A stretch of DNA of 64,000 nt from Nitrososphaeraceae archaeon (GTDB lineage Archaea; Thermoproteota; Nitrososphaeria; Nitrososphaerales; Nitrososphaeraceae): NCBI GenBank assembly GCA_044870765.1, contig JBIOZG010000054.1, forward strand, positions 1-64,000. The letters are read 5' to 3'. Numbering within the stretch: the stretch's first letter is position 1; each line of letters begins with the position of its first letter. A program made the position numbers and the translations under genes. Below the pieces are notes generated by a model. That model was not told the origin of the DNA and ran no database searches. It was given only the letters and a program-made list of their open reading frames with translations. This document shows positions 29,840 to 41,505 of the stretch, piece by piece.

Positions 29840-30433
29840 GTGAAAATAATCATGAAGAGAAATACTAGAACTATACTTCGCCTTATAGTTATTGTGGCCT
29901 TGTTGCCTTCACTACTGATGGTAACGAGATCGCAGACAACTTTTGCTGCACCACCTGATCCTCAAGCATTTGTGAATATGACAGAGGAACAAAGGGCTCA
30001 GGCTGCTAAGAATATGACTCCAAACGAAAAGGAGATGATAATGAATGAGTTTTCGAAACAGAACGCCACAGTTAATGAAAGCATGAATGAGACTAAAATG
30101 ACAAACGATACGATGACTCTAATGGGCAATTTCGTTGAGGCAGGAGATGGATTTCACAAAGCCGAAGGTATCGTCAAGGTAATCAACCTTGCAGATGGTA
30201 GAACTTTCCTAAGGCTGGAAAATCTAAAGACTACTAACGGACCAGATCTCTATGTTTATCTGTCTGTAGGTAAGGATCCATCGGATATTGTCAATCTTGG
30301 AAGGTTAAAAGGGAACATCGGAAATCAGAATTACGAAATTCCTGCAGGAACAGATCTATCAAAATACGATACAGTCCTTATATGGTGCAAAGCCTTTTCG
30401 ACCCTGTTTGGTAGCGCAAAACTATCAAGTTAA
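29840..30433 (+). CDS. Secreted DM13-domain protein
   Basis: H.AEG, LRLENL.TTNGPDLYVYL, LKGNIGNQNY, VLIWCKAFSTLFGSA. Confidence 0.9.
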   Translation: MKIIMKRNTRTILRLIVIVALLPSLLMVTRSQTTFAAPPDPQAFVNMTEEQRAQAAKNMTPNEKEMIMNEFSKQNATVNESMNETKMTNDTMTLMGNFVEAGDGFHKAEGIVKVINLADGRTFLRLENLKTTNGPDLYVYLSVGKDPSDIVNLGRLKGNIGNQNYEIPAGTDLSKYDTVLIWCKAFSTLFGSAKLSS

Positions 30434-30442
30434 TAGTCATAA

Positions 30443-30649
30443 GTGGTACTAGCATTTATGAAAAAAAGGACAGTTATTATTTTAGTCATAATATCTATAG
30501 TCGCAATTTCTATTGCATTATATACAATTCTTCCGCTATTTACTAACACAGTGGTAGATGAACCATTGCCTACAGCATCAGGCATAACTTTAGCTGGATT
30601 TGAGATTGAGAATTTAGTCAACAGAGAGGTCAATCAGATTCAGGTTTAG
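30443..30649 (+). pseudogene. Truncated N-terminal membrane anchor of a second DM13-type gene
   Basis: YTILPLFTNTVVDEPLP resembles the DM13 N-terminal anchor; no DM13 domain follows. Confidence 0.5.
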
Positions 30650-30723
30650 ATTCAAAGACAATCAAAATTCATATATTTCTTTTCTGGTAACACATAAGTT
30701 TAAAGAGGTAGGACAACAAAAAC

Positions 30724-31455
30724 ATGAACGAAAACATTCTAATATTTGATAAAATCAAAGAACTACGGAAAGTTTGCAAAATAGTTTCAATACTAAAATC
30801 ACAACTAATAAAAGAGTTACCACACTATGGACACAATGCACTTTTTTTGAATGATGATCAAATAACTACTGGTGTGTTAAACAATACAACAGAAATTACA
30901 ATACACTTGATTACTGGACAACTTCTTTACTTCTATAACGAACAGTTGTCATTTGTAGACTTGACTGAACATAATCTAGTAGAAAAATTGGAGCGGATTG
31001 TTACCAAATATGAACTTGAAATGCCACAAACGGAAGCTCTGACAAGCTTGCGTGGTGAGGATTTATCTTACTATCTCTCATTTGCAAAAAAGGCTAACAA
31101 AAGTCTCAAACTGTTTCGAATGAAATTAAGGGGGCATTTGACCCATGTGCATTTGTGGCCAGATGGATTTGATTTCTCATTAGAGTGGTTTACTGATAAA
31201 AGGAATCAACAGATTGGTATTGGGATCTCTCCAGGAGAGAATCAATACGAAACACCTTATCTTTACGTAAATCCTTATCCGTTTGATGAAAAAATGCTAG
31301 AACAACAATTGTTCATAGGACAATGGCACATGTCTGGTTGGAATGGAATTAAAGTAGAATGGAAAGAGCTTCAAAATAAGACTGTACGAGAAATCTCTGA
31401 CGATATTTATGACTTGTTTCTAATTGCTCAACTCAATTTCAGTAAGGAAAAATGA
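30724..31455 (+). CDS. DUF5996-like hypothetical protein
   Basis: VHLWPDGFDFS, GISPG, PYLYVNPYP. Confidence 0.6.
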   Translation: MNENILIFDKIKELRKVCKIVSILKSQLIKELPHYGHNALFLNDDQITTGVLNNTTEITIHLITGQLLYFYNEQLSFVDLTEHNLVEKLERIVTKYELEMPQTEALTSLRGEDLSYYLSFAKKANKSLKLFRMKLRGHLTHVHLWPDGFDFSLEWFTDKRNQQIGIGISPGENQYETPYLYVNPYPFDEKMLEQQLFIGQWHMSGWNGIKVEWKELQNKTVREISDDIYDLFLIAQLNFSKEK

Positions 31456-31749
31456 ACTAGTTTATTTACAACTTAGTCATATTTTAGAACAAAATCTAGT
31501 ATTTATTTCAAACCACAGAACAAAAAGTTCTCTTCATAAAGAAACTAGAATTCATGATTTTATTAAATAAAAATCAAAGTCAAGCTGTTCTTTCGAAGAA
31601 TAGGGATTGGATCCTGGTAACTTTTTATATTAAATTTGGAATTTAACATGAACAAGACAATATTGTAGCAATAAACTCATACATTATTCCATCTTTTTTA
31701 CTAATTAACTTAAATCTCCAGAAACATGATATAGCGTAATTGAATTGAA

Positions 31750-32994
31750 TTGAACGGTGCTGGTGAAATAAAGATACAAGAGTTAAAAGCACGTGTTCAC
31801 CAGGATGCTGGGAGAACAGATGAAAACTATCGGATAGGTGTAGAGATTGAAGGATGTTTACTTGACAACAAGGCTATCCCAGTCAATGCAGAGCCATTAA
31901 TAAAAGAACTCGAGGGTAGTATTTATGAGATAGACTACGAGTATGGTCGCTGTCAATTTGAATACAAGACGTTTCCAGTAGGAATGGACAACTTGGACTA
32001 TCTTAATATCGTATTCGAAAATTTTATGGAAAATCTGGATAAATCCATAAAAAAAGTGTACAAAGAGAAAGAAGTCATTCCAGTATTTCTTGGCGCAAAT
32101 CCCTCACCTGAAATAATGAAAGAAGGGATGATAACTGATAAACCACGTTATTACAAGATGGCATCGTGGCAGAACAATCTTCCAAATGTTGAAATTGACG
32201 GTAACAAATTTAACGCTGCTCATGTAGCCACTGCAATTCAGGGATATCATCTTCATCTACAAGGAAAAAATCCAAAAAATACTGCAATTATGTTCAATCA
32301 TATTTTAAACATATTACCGTCCGCAATCGTACTAGGTGCGAACAGTAGACTGTTTGCCGGCAGGGTATACTCCCTTCATGAACCAAGAATTTACCTATAT
32401 GATCAATCAGAACAACAGAATTCAGGATTCCCTGCAGTTCCTAGATACTTGGACGGCGTTGAAAACTACATCGACTATATTGCATCACGTGAACAAAATA
32501 CCACAAAAGATTATTTCACACTTGAGAAAGAAAGACATGACGATGCGCGAATCCGTATCGGTACTGATTCGTATCGAGTAGAAACCAGAATCATGTCTGT
32601 TCAGCCCACTCCAAAAAGCTTACTGGCAATGGTTGAGTTTTTTATTGGTTATTTGAGTAGGGCCATTCATGAAGAAAGGGAATTAAGACCGCTTCCTACA
32701 TTGAGGGAAGAGAGGATGGCAACTGTTAGATATGGATTTAATGCCAAAACTCATTTCAACATCATAGATATTGTAAGAAATCAGCTTAATTTTGCGCGAA
32801 AAGGTTTGTCTGACTTGGGTATCAATGTGGGGTTCCTTGACATACTCGATAAAAGGTTAGAAAATAGAGTTTCCCCGGGAGAGTACGTAGTTAGAATATG
32901 GAGTGAAAAATTCAACGGGTCAGTTAACCAAACTGTATATGAAATCATATCGGATATCTGGCAAAGGACTAAGGAAAATCAACCCATCACCTGA
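31750..32994 (+). CDS. Glutamate--cysteine ligase family 2 (GCS2/YbdK-like)
   Basis: IGVEIEGCL, QFEY, GYHLHLQ, GANS..FAGR, RVETR. Confidence 0.8.
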   Translation: MNGAGEIKIQELKARVHQDAGRTDENYRIGVEIEGCLLDNKAIPVNAEPLIKELEGSIYEIDYEYGRCQFEYKTFPVGMDNLDYLNIVFENFMENLDKSIKKVYKEKEVIPVFLGANPSPEIMKEGMITDKPRYYKMASWQNNLPNVEIDGNKFNAAHVATAIQGYHLHLQGKNPKNTAIMFNHILNILPSAIVLGANSRLFAGRVYSLHEPRIYLYDQSEQQNSGFPAVPRYLDGVENYIDYIASREQNTTKDYFTLEKERHDDARIRIGTDSYRVETRIMSVQPTPKSLLAMVEFFIGYLSRAIHEERELRPLPTLREERMATVRYGFNAKTHFNIIDIVRNQLNFARKGLSDLGINVGFLDILDKRLENRVSPGEYVVRIWSEKFNGSVNQTVYEIISDIWQRTKENQPIT

Positions 32995-33134
32995 CATAAT
33001 CAAAAATACCATTTATTGATAAATTTATGGCTGATAAATCTGTGGTTCATGTATAGTAGACAGGAAAAATTAACACGTATACCAATTTGTGCTGATTCCT
33101 CACGTTAAGAGTATGAAGGATAATTGTTCACAAA

Positions 33135-33554
33135 ATGAGATCAAGACATAGTGAACAAAGCCAGTCATGTGAAGGAGGCGTCCCTTTAGATCCTAATAAA
33201 TTTGGTGGATATGGGTTTGCCATCAATACTAAAGGATGGGATACAAAAAGAGAACCAACGCACAACTGTCATGATCAACACAAGTCAGGTTTAATTCCAA
33301 CGAATCTAGAAAATGATAAAGCTGCAAGATTACGACAAACGTTTAAAGATGAGTCTGGAAAGGTGCATCAGATAGGGGATATTGACTTTATGGATGGAAA
33401 TGGATTTCATAAGGTAATGGACATATTTGATAGTTCACCGAATCCATGGATGGTCGATAGGAACCTTTACGAGACAAAGTCATATTTTTGGATTAGAAAT
33501 AATGGCTCTGGTTATATTACAGTCAGGGATGTGAGCTTGGAAATTCTTTCATAG
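33135..33554 (+). CDS. Hypothetical protein, possibly an N-terminally truncated remnant
   Basis: Beta-rich sequence starting abruptly at MRSRH. Confidence 0.45.
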   Translation: MRSRHSEQSQSCEGGVPLDPNKFGGYGFAINTKGWDTKREPTHNCHDQHKSGLIPTNLENDKAARLRQTFKDESGKVHQIGDIDFMDGNGFHKVMDIFDSSPNPWMVDRNLYETKSYFWIRNNGSGYITVRDVSLEILS

Positions 33555-33567
33555 AATCAATTTTTTA

Positions 33568-34131
33568 CTAGTCCGATATCTGTACGGGATTGATAAATAG
33601 CCATTTTGCTTCATCAAAAGAAATTTCAACTACAAGTTTATAGCTTTGAGGTGCTATGTCTTTTGGTACAGTAAAACTGAAATTTGCACAATCTTGAGTA
33701 GTGAAATTCGCACAGTCATTACTTTTTATCTCAAGCGCTGTGACGTTATTATTCGCAATTACATCCTCTGTCTCAGAATCGCTAACCAAATAGATCTTGG
33801 ATAACATTGGAGCCAGATTCGTACCGCAATTATCGTTACTATCACATTCCAGTTGTAGAGATGAACCATTTATTTTCTTGTTTAATATCATGTCCTCAAT
33901 GGATATTGCATGAAGATTTTTTTCAATTACAGTTTCATCCCCATAATCAATCGAAAAGCTAGGATCTAATTTGTATTCACCTCCATCAGTAATGATTTTA
34001 GCGATAGGTATGTTATCGAATGGAACAGCGGCAAATTGAATGGCGTAAACACGACCAAAATTCGTCGCTAGCGTATTTGTCGTAAAAATGAAAATGATTC
34101 CAAATAATAAAATATACAGGCTTGTTGTCAT
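33568..34131 (-). CDS. Secreted hypothetical protein
   Basis: Signal peptide; paired Cys residues. Confidence 0.65.
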   Translation of the reverse strand: MTTSLYILLFGIIFIFTTNTLATNFGRVYAIQFAAVPFDNIPIAKIITDGGEYKLDPSFSIDYGDETVIEKNLHAISIEDMILNKKINGSSLQLECDSNDNCGTNLAPMLSKIYLVSDSETEDVIANNNVTALEIKSNDCANFTTQDCANFSFTVPKDIAPQSYKLVVEISFDEAKWLFINPVQISD

Positions 34132-34553
34132 CCATGTAACATAAGGGAGTACTTAAATAAACCTTATGAGGGTTGCAACCTACCTACAAACTAAGGGAAT
34201 TAAAGAATTTTTATACAAAATATGACTAGAACCGATGTTGAATTTTAGGTGCCTCTCTACAATAAATCGTAAATCACCGTTGCTGTAATGCACTTAATAA
34301 ATAAATTAACTGCCATCTTAAAACTGGTGATAAGGTCACATAGGGGAGCGTGGATTACCAATAAACCGAAAGGATGGCATGAAATTCATACTGCTTGGAA
34401 GGTGGTTACAAATAGATTTCCTATCTCCATTTGTTTTTTATTTCAAATGATTATTTGGATCGGAGGTTCCTTTAAGCCCTGATCCATAAGTTAAATAATA
34501 TTACAAAATTTTCTCGTGTAAAAATGTATATCCAATAGATTTAGAAATTCTTA

Positions 34554-35138
34554 TTACAATCGATTTGTTAAAGACAGGTTAGCATTATTTTCACTTTTCC
34601 AGATTAAAGAACCATTTACCTGATATTCTTTCCCCAAGGCGTCATCCCCTATGTAAAACTGAATTGTGCCATCTAGTGCTTCTTGTGATGCCTCATGTTT
34701 CTCTTCATTAGGAATGATGCTACTAAAATAACCATAAATATGAAACATTTTCGATTCACCTTCGTCTGTGACCTTCAAAAGACCATGTAACATCCGGCCA
34801 CTTGAATTGTCCAGGCGAAATCCTTCTTTATTCTCACTTGTGAAGAAATAGTTACAGTTACCTGTCGGACACAGATCGCTGCGGTTTGATATTCCGATAT
34901 CAAAATTTTGAATATCATAATAGATGAGATTTGGATCGGAGGTTCCTTCGTGGTCTTCAATAATCGAAGCATTTATTGAAATACGGTCAGCGGAAACATC
35001 GGCTAAATCCAATTGGCCATTTAACTCAAGTGACAGATTAGATAAGAAGATGACTAAGAACGAAAATAAACAGGATATGATAAGAGCAGGGAACTTCTTA
35101 TGCTGTGTGGTGCGGTTTGATATCAACCAATCTCTCAT
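34554..35138 (-). CDS. Secreted hypothetical protein (LCPTGNC motif)
   Basis: N-terminal TM segment; beta-rich body. Confidence 0.65.
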   Translation of the reverse strand: MRDWLISNRTTQHKKFPALIISCLFSFLVIFLSNLSLELNGQLDLADVSADRISINASIIEDHEGTSDPNLIYYDIQNFDIGISNRSDLCPTGNCNYFFTSENKEGFRLDNSSGRMLHGLLKVTDEGESKMFHIYGYFSSIIPNEEKHEASQEALDGTIQFYIGDDALGKEYQVNGSLIWKSENNANLSLTNRL

Positions 35139-35206
35139 ATGAACAAGATACTATTATCTATTGCTTCAGTTTTTTCTAAATCTTAAGTATAAGACAGTTC
35201 TAGTTC

Positions 35207-35234
35207 AACATAATTTTAGTAACATAATTTTAGT
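35207..35234. repeat. 14-bp tandem duplication aacataattttagt x2
   Basis: Directly visible. Confidence 0.8.
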
Positions 35235-35329
35235 AGCACGCCTTTGAAAAACCCTTGCTCTTACCGCAAAAACATTCATTTTCCTTTACGTCCTGCTGTG
35301 AAGAGAGATTTCGTGTTGGCAAGATTATT

Positions 35330-35431
35330 CTAATTGAAGATGATAATAATCGACAGTATCATAATCAATAGAATGCCAAATCCAATCATAGCCATAATCT
35401 TTAAACTTTCAAAGGTTAGTCTCACTACCAA
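35330..35431 (-). CDS. 33-aa single-TM micro-protein (not in ORF track)
   Basis: MVVRLTFESLKIMAMIGFGILLIMILSIIIIFN. Confidence 0.45.
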   Translation of the reverse strand: MVVRLTFESLKIMAMIGFGILLIMILSIIIIFN

Positions 35432-35952
35432 TGTAGTGCATTAAAGGTAATAATTATTTGTGACGGTTGTAAGCCTAATTTTCTGAAGTTTTGGTGCAGC
35501 GGAATCATAAAGGATGTATACAGCTATTATTTTTATTCTTACTTTAAACACATTGCAAGTACATTTTAGACAATAAGCATATCCTTCTTTGTCATAGTCA
35601 TGAAATTTTCTGATGATGACATTGAAGACATCTGTCAGAATTTTTGTCCGCCGAACTCTTGTTTCCACTCTCGCTTAAAACCTTTTAAATTCAAGTCAAA
35701 TTCCAATCCCTATATTCTTTGTTGGCAACAATTGGATATTGTGATGCTTTATATTATAAAATAGTAACAAATTGATTTAGATAATAGGAAAATACAGGAT
35801 CATAAGATTCGAAGGCTAATAATTTCCAAACCAAATATTTATAAAAACTTAAGTTGGATTTGCAGTTTTGATCTTATCAAGATTGAAGTAAAAAGACAAA
35901 ATCAGTTGTATTATTCATTCATATTACGGAAAGAATAGATCTAATCTTAACT

Positions 35953-36195
35953 ATGAGTTACAGTGGAAACGACGATAGCGGTCGTGAAGGCAAAAGGAGT
36001 TTTGGCGCAGGCCCAAAGCCAGTCGAAATGGGAAAGGAATACGAAGTTGAAATATCAGAAATGAGTAAAAGAGGCGATGGAATTGCTAGAGTCCAAGGAT
36101 TTGTAATTTTCGTCGCAGGTGCAAAGGCCGGACAGAAGACAAAGATAAGAATTACCAGTGTTGGAGACCGATTTGCAAAAGGAGAAGTCATTTAA
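35953..36195 (+). CDS. Stand-alone TRAM-domain protein
   Basis: PKPVEMGKEYEVEISEMSKRGDGIARVQGFVIFV. Confidence 0.92.
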   Translation: MSYSGNDDSGREGKRSFGAGPKPVEMGKEYEVEISEMSKRGDGIARVQGFVIFVAGAKAGQKTKIRITSVGDRFAKGEVI

Positions 36196-36622
36196 ATAGA
36201 AAAGATTGCCTCCAAAAAATACATAGTCGATGCTTATCTTTAACCGATCCTAATGTTAGGACTATTTTGTTAAATTACGCTTTACGTCATTGTTGTCATA
36301 TTTTGAGTATAATCCAAGTAACGCTTTTAGAAATAGTTCGTCTTCGGAATAGAAGAAATCAAGTCATAAAGGATAACGATTGGGCTTACTCGTTCAGATA
36401 AAAGAAAAATGTGATTCTGAGTAAATAACATAAAAAGCACAAGCGTCAACTACATCAATTAAACTTTGTTGTGTATTTTGATCCAATGAGTGAAAAGGTA
36501 GATAATAACAGGAACTATAAAAGACGTTAGGATTTATATTAAAATATGTGGTGCTCAAATGTGAAGATTCTAGTTCTATCTCCAAGTAGGCTAGGTAGAG
36601 ATACTCGCGAGGTGAGGTCACC

Positions 36623-36871
36623 TTGAGAAAACCTAAACCCACGATAAGTGCAATAGTATATCCGGAAGAGAAATTAAGGTTCATCGGCAAAAAATTAGCG
36701 AATCCTAGATTGTCCGAATATCGAAAAAAGGAGTATATTAGACGTTTTGTCGGTGAGCATTGTGCCATATGTCATGAAGTACCTACAAAGATTGCACATT
36801 ATGATATGGGGGGAATCTCATTGGTTGAGAAATACTGTGACAAGTGTATAGAAAAGATAAAGGTTACTTGA
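36623..36871 (+). CDS. Small zinc-finger protein (CAIC...EKYCDKC)
   Basis: Homologous to 202..378. Confidence 0.78.
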   Translation: MRKPKPTISAIVYPEEKLRFIGKKLANPRLSEYRKKEYIRRFVGEHCAICHEVPTKIAHYDMGGISLVEKYCDKCIEKIKVT

Positions 36872-37244
36872 CAGTACCATTGAGTTAATGGGTGGTCCTC
36901 TTCAACAAAACATAAAATAAAACAGTTACTATCGAAGTAATAAATATGATATTGTAGATAGGATAGAACAGAATGGAAGCAGATGTAATTGACAGGATCA
37001 AGAGATTTTTATACGAAAATGCATATTTTACAGGGAAAGGCGATATTGATTGGATATTAGACCAAAATGTGTGAAGACCTGATTGAAAAGTACGAATCTT
37101 ATCTGCATACATGGATTTTAATGAACAAGAACAAATTACGATATAAATGCGATACCACAAACAAGTACTATATGAAAAGATAGTTAACCGTCACAAATCG
37201 ATACACTGTCTTTTTACCTTTTTCATAATTAGGATTCGCACATT

Positions 37245-37535
37245 TTAATTAGGGACAGAGGTACCAGATTTAGTATACCTCCATTTTAGACATAAGAGGA
37301 AAAGGTTCAACGATACACCAATTGCATTTGCTACGACAATTATTATATCTCCCTTTAGTATTCCGTAAAATATCCACAGTGAAAGTCCACCAATAAGGGA
37401 AATTATGAGCCATTTAGATACGTCATCAGTTTTTTTCGTCTTAAGAGATTTCCTGATCTGGGGAACTGTACTCCATAAACTGAAAAACATGGCAAGGATT
37501 CCCACCAAAAAAATTAAATATTCATTTGTTACCAT
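37245..37535 (-). CDS. SemiSWEET/PQ-loop transporter
   Basis: VPQIRKS.KTKKT.DVS, LWIFYG, IIVVAN. Confidence 0.9.
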   Translation of the reverse strand: MVTNEYLIFLVGILAMFFSLWSTVPQIRKSLKTKKTDDVSKWLIISLIGGLSLWIFYGILKGDIIIVVANAIGVSLNLFLLCLKWRYTKSGTSVPN

Positions 37536-37631
37536 GGAAAGACTTGGATCTTGAACTTAATACCTTAATTTAAGTATACCAAATATTTTTAATTTACCTA
37601 ATTTATTTGGGTCAGATTCGGTACAACCACA

Positions 37632-38426
37632 CTATAAATAATCTGTGACCTTTAGATTTTTGCTAAGATTTACAATGCTTTTTGCCTCATTTATGCATGA
37701 CATCCTTGATTTGATTTTCGAAAATTCCCGCAAGAATTCAATCTCCCATTTTAGAAATCCTATTCTGGAACCGTACAGCTGATTAAAAACAATTTTTTGA
37801 TTTATTCGTTCTAATTTCGTCAGCCTGTGATAAAGTCTGTCAGCATCTTCCAATATCCCATTGTCATGCAGAATATTTACAAAACTTCTCTTTGGTAAAT
37901 TTAGCATTCCATCATTTACAAATCTGTCAAACACTGATAGGACTCTAAAATAATTTTCTCGTCCCGTGTAGCCTACAATAGTTGCAGGAAGCAAACGCAG
38001 AAACCTGAGAGATTTTTTGTTAACATGTTTTTCATCTAGAACTACGATGGACCTTCCAAAAGTCAGAATTGCATTAATTATCTGGTTTGGTAGACGTGCG
38101 TCCAATGTATCAGAGTTTGATTTAAGCTCAATCGGGTAGAACGATATAGAATCAATACTACACTTTTCGCTTTTAGCAAACTCCGTCAATTGGCCTGTCC
38201 GCATGAGTACATTGTTGTAAAAATCGTTTGCTCCACCAAACTCAGATTGCTTTTTGGTTCGAGAGAATACTGCTATTACCAGATCAAACTGACCAAAGTA
38301 AGCTTCATTCTTTATTCTTATTTCGTCTTCTGGATTGGCAAAGGATATTGAATCGCCATTATTATTTAAAATACGACCCGACTCCAGGGAGCTAACGAAC
38401 AAATCCTTTAGCTTGGTTTCGTTCAA
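37632..38426 (-). CDS. Hypothetical protein with PD-(D/E)xK-like motif
   Basis: NE...FDLVI...YPIELKSNSDTLDARLPNQI. Confidence 0.55.
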   Translation of the reverse strand: MNETKLKDLFVSSLESGRILNNNGDSISFANPEDEIRIKNEAYFGQFDLVIAVFSRTKKQSEFGGANDFYNNVLMRTGQLTEFAKSEKCSIDSISFYPIELKSNSDTLDARLPNQIINAILTFGRSIVVLDEKHVNKKSLRFLRLLPATIVGYTGRENYFRVLSVFDRFVNDGMLNLPKRSFVNILHDNGILEDADRLYHRLTKLERINQKIVFNQLYGSRIGFLKWEIEFLREFSKIKSRMSCINEAKSIVNLSKNLKVTDYL

Positions 38427-38641
38427 TGACTTACCGCCTTGCTAAGATAGTACGAAGTAAAATATGTACATGCATGGACAATATTATTTGCCTTTTGAGT
38501 TGTAGATACTTGAGCAACATCGAATTAAAATGCTGGTTGTATGCAGAGCCATAATTGGTGATGCTGGTTTGTATTTAGTTTCCTTTTTGTTAATTAGAAT
38601 ATTCGGAGAATTCCTTTTTAAATACGACCAGTAATGTAAAA

Positions 38642-39115
38642 TTGGAATTAAAAATGAATGTAGAAGTCAAAAGGAAAACATTTTCCAAAATTCTTGTTGC
38701 CATACACGAATCTAGTAAATCGGCAGATAAAGCGGTGGATTATGCAACAAGAATTGCTCAAGACTATAACGCAATATTGGTCGTCCTTTATGTAGTTCGT
38801 ACACAGTCCAATTTGGACACCGTAAACCTTCCAAGCCATGTAATTCATTTCAAGAAGCAAGCAGAAACATATCTTGGCAAGATTTCTGAAAAAATATACA
38901 AACACAGTGATACAGAAGATATTGTAAAAATTAAAACCGAAATTATTGCCTCAATCAAAATTTCTGACGCAATTGTAAGTTACGCCAAGGATAAACACAT
39001 AGATTTAATTGTAGTAGTTCCAAGAGGGAGATCCAAACTTAGGAGCTTTGTGCTCGGCAGTGTTACCTCCGATGTAGTAAGGCTTGCTCATTGTCCGGTT
39101 CTAACTGTGCGATAG
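38642..39115 (+). CDS. Universal stress protein
   Basis: FSKILVAI, DLIVV..RG....FVLGSVTSDVVRLAHCPVLTVR. Confidence 0.92.
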   Translation: MELKMNVEVKRKTFSKILVAIHESSKSADKAVDYATRIAQDYNAILVVLYVVRTQSNLDTVNLPSHVIHFKKQAETYLGKISEKIYKHSDTEDIVKIKTEIIASIKISDAIVSYAKDKHIDLIVVVPRGRSKLRSFVLGSVTSDVVRLAHCPVLTVR

Positions 39116-39225
39116 ATAGAATATAAAACACATCCTAAATTAATCTATAGAAAATAAGGCAGAATTATTAGTTCAATACTTGGTAATGTCATCTTTTTGA
39201 AATTAACTTACTCAGGCCCACAGAT

Positions 39226-39847
39226 TTAGGGACCATACTTGAACTTAGAATAGAACCCATTTTTACCAGACGAGTCCCATTCAAAACCAAGATCCCTATA
39301 GGTATTTTTGCTTGAACGAGCTATGATTGGATCATATCCGGGTGCTACGGTAAATGAAGGATTTGTTACCAAACTATCACTATCAGTATTGTTACCCTTT
39401 ATCGCTTCAATCTCTAATTCCATGAATTCTGAGATGCGTAACCTGCGACGTCTTCCTTTCATTTCAAAGGTTATAGGAGCAGTCTTTATCCCAAGGACCT
39501 CACCTATGAGATTAGCTGCTGCAGCGAAGAACCCGCCTGAATGGCCTGAAAATATTTTGGATAAAGCATTAACCTGCTCCTCACTAGAACGTTTGTCAAT
39601 GTAGAAAGCTGCCTTCATTTTGGGTCCCGTGAACGTATTGCCAGGAGCCACGAATACTGCGACTACATTTAATCCTTCAAGTTGGATACTATCATAGTGA
39701 CCTTTTTCTATATGCCAGCCAACAACTACATTGCAGTGCCCCTTATCAGGATCTTGTAGAAATATGCAATGGACAAATTGAGTCACAATTGCAGCCTTCA
39801 AAGTAGTCGCCCTCAAGTCTCCAATTTTGGGTGTTGCCCATAGTCAT
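39226..39847 (-). pseudogene. DUF1326 protein with a +1 frameshift near 39770
   Basis: Upstream frame MTMGNTQNWRLEGDYFEGCNCDSICP joins CIFLQDPDKGHC; WHIEKG, YID, IFSG..GG. Confidence 0.8.
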
Positions 39848-40037
39848 TTAATATCTATCATCAACAAGGAGTTTTTAGATATAAGGCTTGTCTTCGTTCC
39901 TTTTTTTCCAAATTACAGCCGAGACAAACTTCTATTCCTTTAAGGACAAGAATTTGACTCAAGTTTCTGAATATTTCCTGGCGCTTAGAATTGGCGAAGC
40001 ATAAAGACTTAAGTGCCAAACTTGATTTTATCTTCGA

Positions 40038-40247
40038 ATGCCCCACAATAATAGTAAAATCAATGAACTTGAAGATAGGATTAGGAATCTTCTCTTGGGT
40101 AATCCAGATCTCGCCCAACAGCTTATTGATAACATCTTAGATCGTGGATTGTTTGCTGTAAATAAACAGAAATCTGATTTAATAACTGCTACTGAATGTT
40201 TGCTAGTTACCAAAGCACTAAAAGACTTGAGTAATAATGCCCAATAG
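40038..40247 (+). CDS. Small hypothetical protein
   Basis: 69-aa helical ORF. Confidence 0.45.
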   Translation: MPHNNSKINELEDRIRNLLLGNPDLAQQLIDNILDRGLFAVNKQKSDLITATECLLVTKALKDLSNNAQ

Positions 40248-40357
40248 TCATCTTTCCAAACAATGTAAATTTCAGATTAACTGCTCTCCGAAAATAATGA
40301 ATTTATTTTACCATAAAATTTTTTTCTTATAGGCTGATTTATTTTCAGATTAATCGG

Positions 40358-40792
40358 TTACCATCCTGCTATATCCTTTTGACCAATAACTCTGATCGGC
40401 TTGATTTTTATCAATAGTTCTCCTCCTGCACTATTTCTCCTACCATAAATTTCTGACTTTTCTTGACCAACGTACCTTGCGGCAATTAGCTTGGCCCATT
40501 TAAAAACTTCGTTTGGGTCATCACTAATTATTTCTGCTATACCATCAATAGTAACAAACGAAAAAAGTGGAACTTGATCATCAACACATAAACGTACGCG
40601 ATTGTCACGGGCAATATTTTTTGCCTTTACTGATTTGTCTCCGGTATTAAAAATAACATTTTCCTCTTCATCTAGGGTATACCATATTGGCACAACATGC
40701 GATGTCCCGTTCTTGTTAATCGTTCCTAATTTACCAGTAAAAGTTCCTTGCAAGAGAAAATTTTTGATTTCATCCTTAGTCATTTCAGGCAT
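40358..40792 (-). CDS. PPOX-class F420-dependent oxidoreductase
   Basis: GKLGTINKNGTSHVVPIWY, KAKNIARDNRVRLCVD. Confidence 0.88.
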   Translation of the reverse strand: MPEMTKDEIKNFLLQGTFTGKLGTINKNGTSHVVPIWYTLDEEENVIFNTGDKSVKAKNIARDNRVRLCVDDQVPLFSFVTIDGIAEIISDDPNEVFKWAKLIAARYVGQEKSEIYGRRNSAGGELLIKIKPIRVIGQKDIAGW

Positions 40793-40938
40793 TATTATTA
40801 CAAGATAAATTTAAGTAATTTATTCCATACTATAACCAAGACTGATACCAAAATAATTCCTTGCTAATATCACCCTTGATCAATAGAGACTGCAACTTTG
40901 AAGTAATTTTATTATAATTTGTTCTTAATAATCACTTC

Positions 40939-41043
40939 ATGGCTGAGAAATCAGAAAATGAAGTAAAAGAAGGCGAAATGGAAGAAATCAAAGACAAAGT
41001 CCACGAATTACAAGATGCCGAACAAGATGAGGAAGAATCATGA
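40939..41043 (+). CDS. 34-aa highly acidic micro-protein (not in ORF track)
   Basis: MAEKSENEVKEGEMEEIKDKVHELQDAEQDEEES; TATA-like tttattata ~25 bp upstream. Confidence 0.55.
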   Translation: MAEKSENEVKEGEMEEIKDKVHELQDAEQDEEES

Positions 41044-41505
41044 TGGATGAACTAGGAGTCGCCTTAGTTTGTAGTTTCAATTTCTGAGAGAAACAAAAGA
41101 TTAATGATCTGTTCTTAATTTTAAATCCTATTTTTTAACCGTTAACATGATATGGATAGACAGTACAGTTTTTAGGCATACTAAATTACTCAAAAAAATA
41201 ATTTCAGTAGAAAATGTGGTAGTTGAAATTTGGATTCCAGCTATCAGTGCTGTATTTGGTATCGGATCGGTTATTTTGCAATGTTTATGTGTCAAATATT
41301 TAATGCTAGAAAATTTGCGAAATGATTTTAACGAAACCATTCCGACATATATTACGCAAAGGAACCTTGGGTGGGATATGCTCTAATTTTTACGATAGGC
41401 ATGATTCTGAAATTTATCTAAACCCTTGGAATGGGAGTCAATCAAATTTCATGTTACCTAAAACTATTTATCATAGCATTCGTACACTCGTGATAGCAAA
41501 AGAAG

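Noticed and set aside
37744-37757. tcccattttagaa as another R copy
   Set aside because: Lies inside a CDS and lacks the downstream core; shows the short AT-rich part can occur by chance
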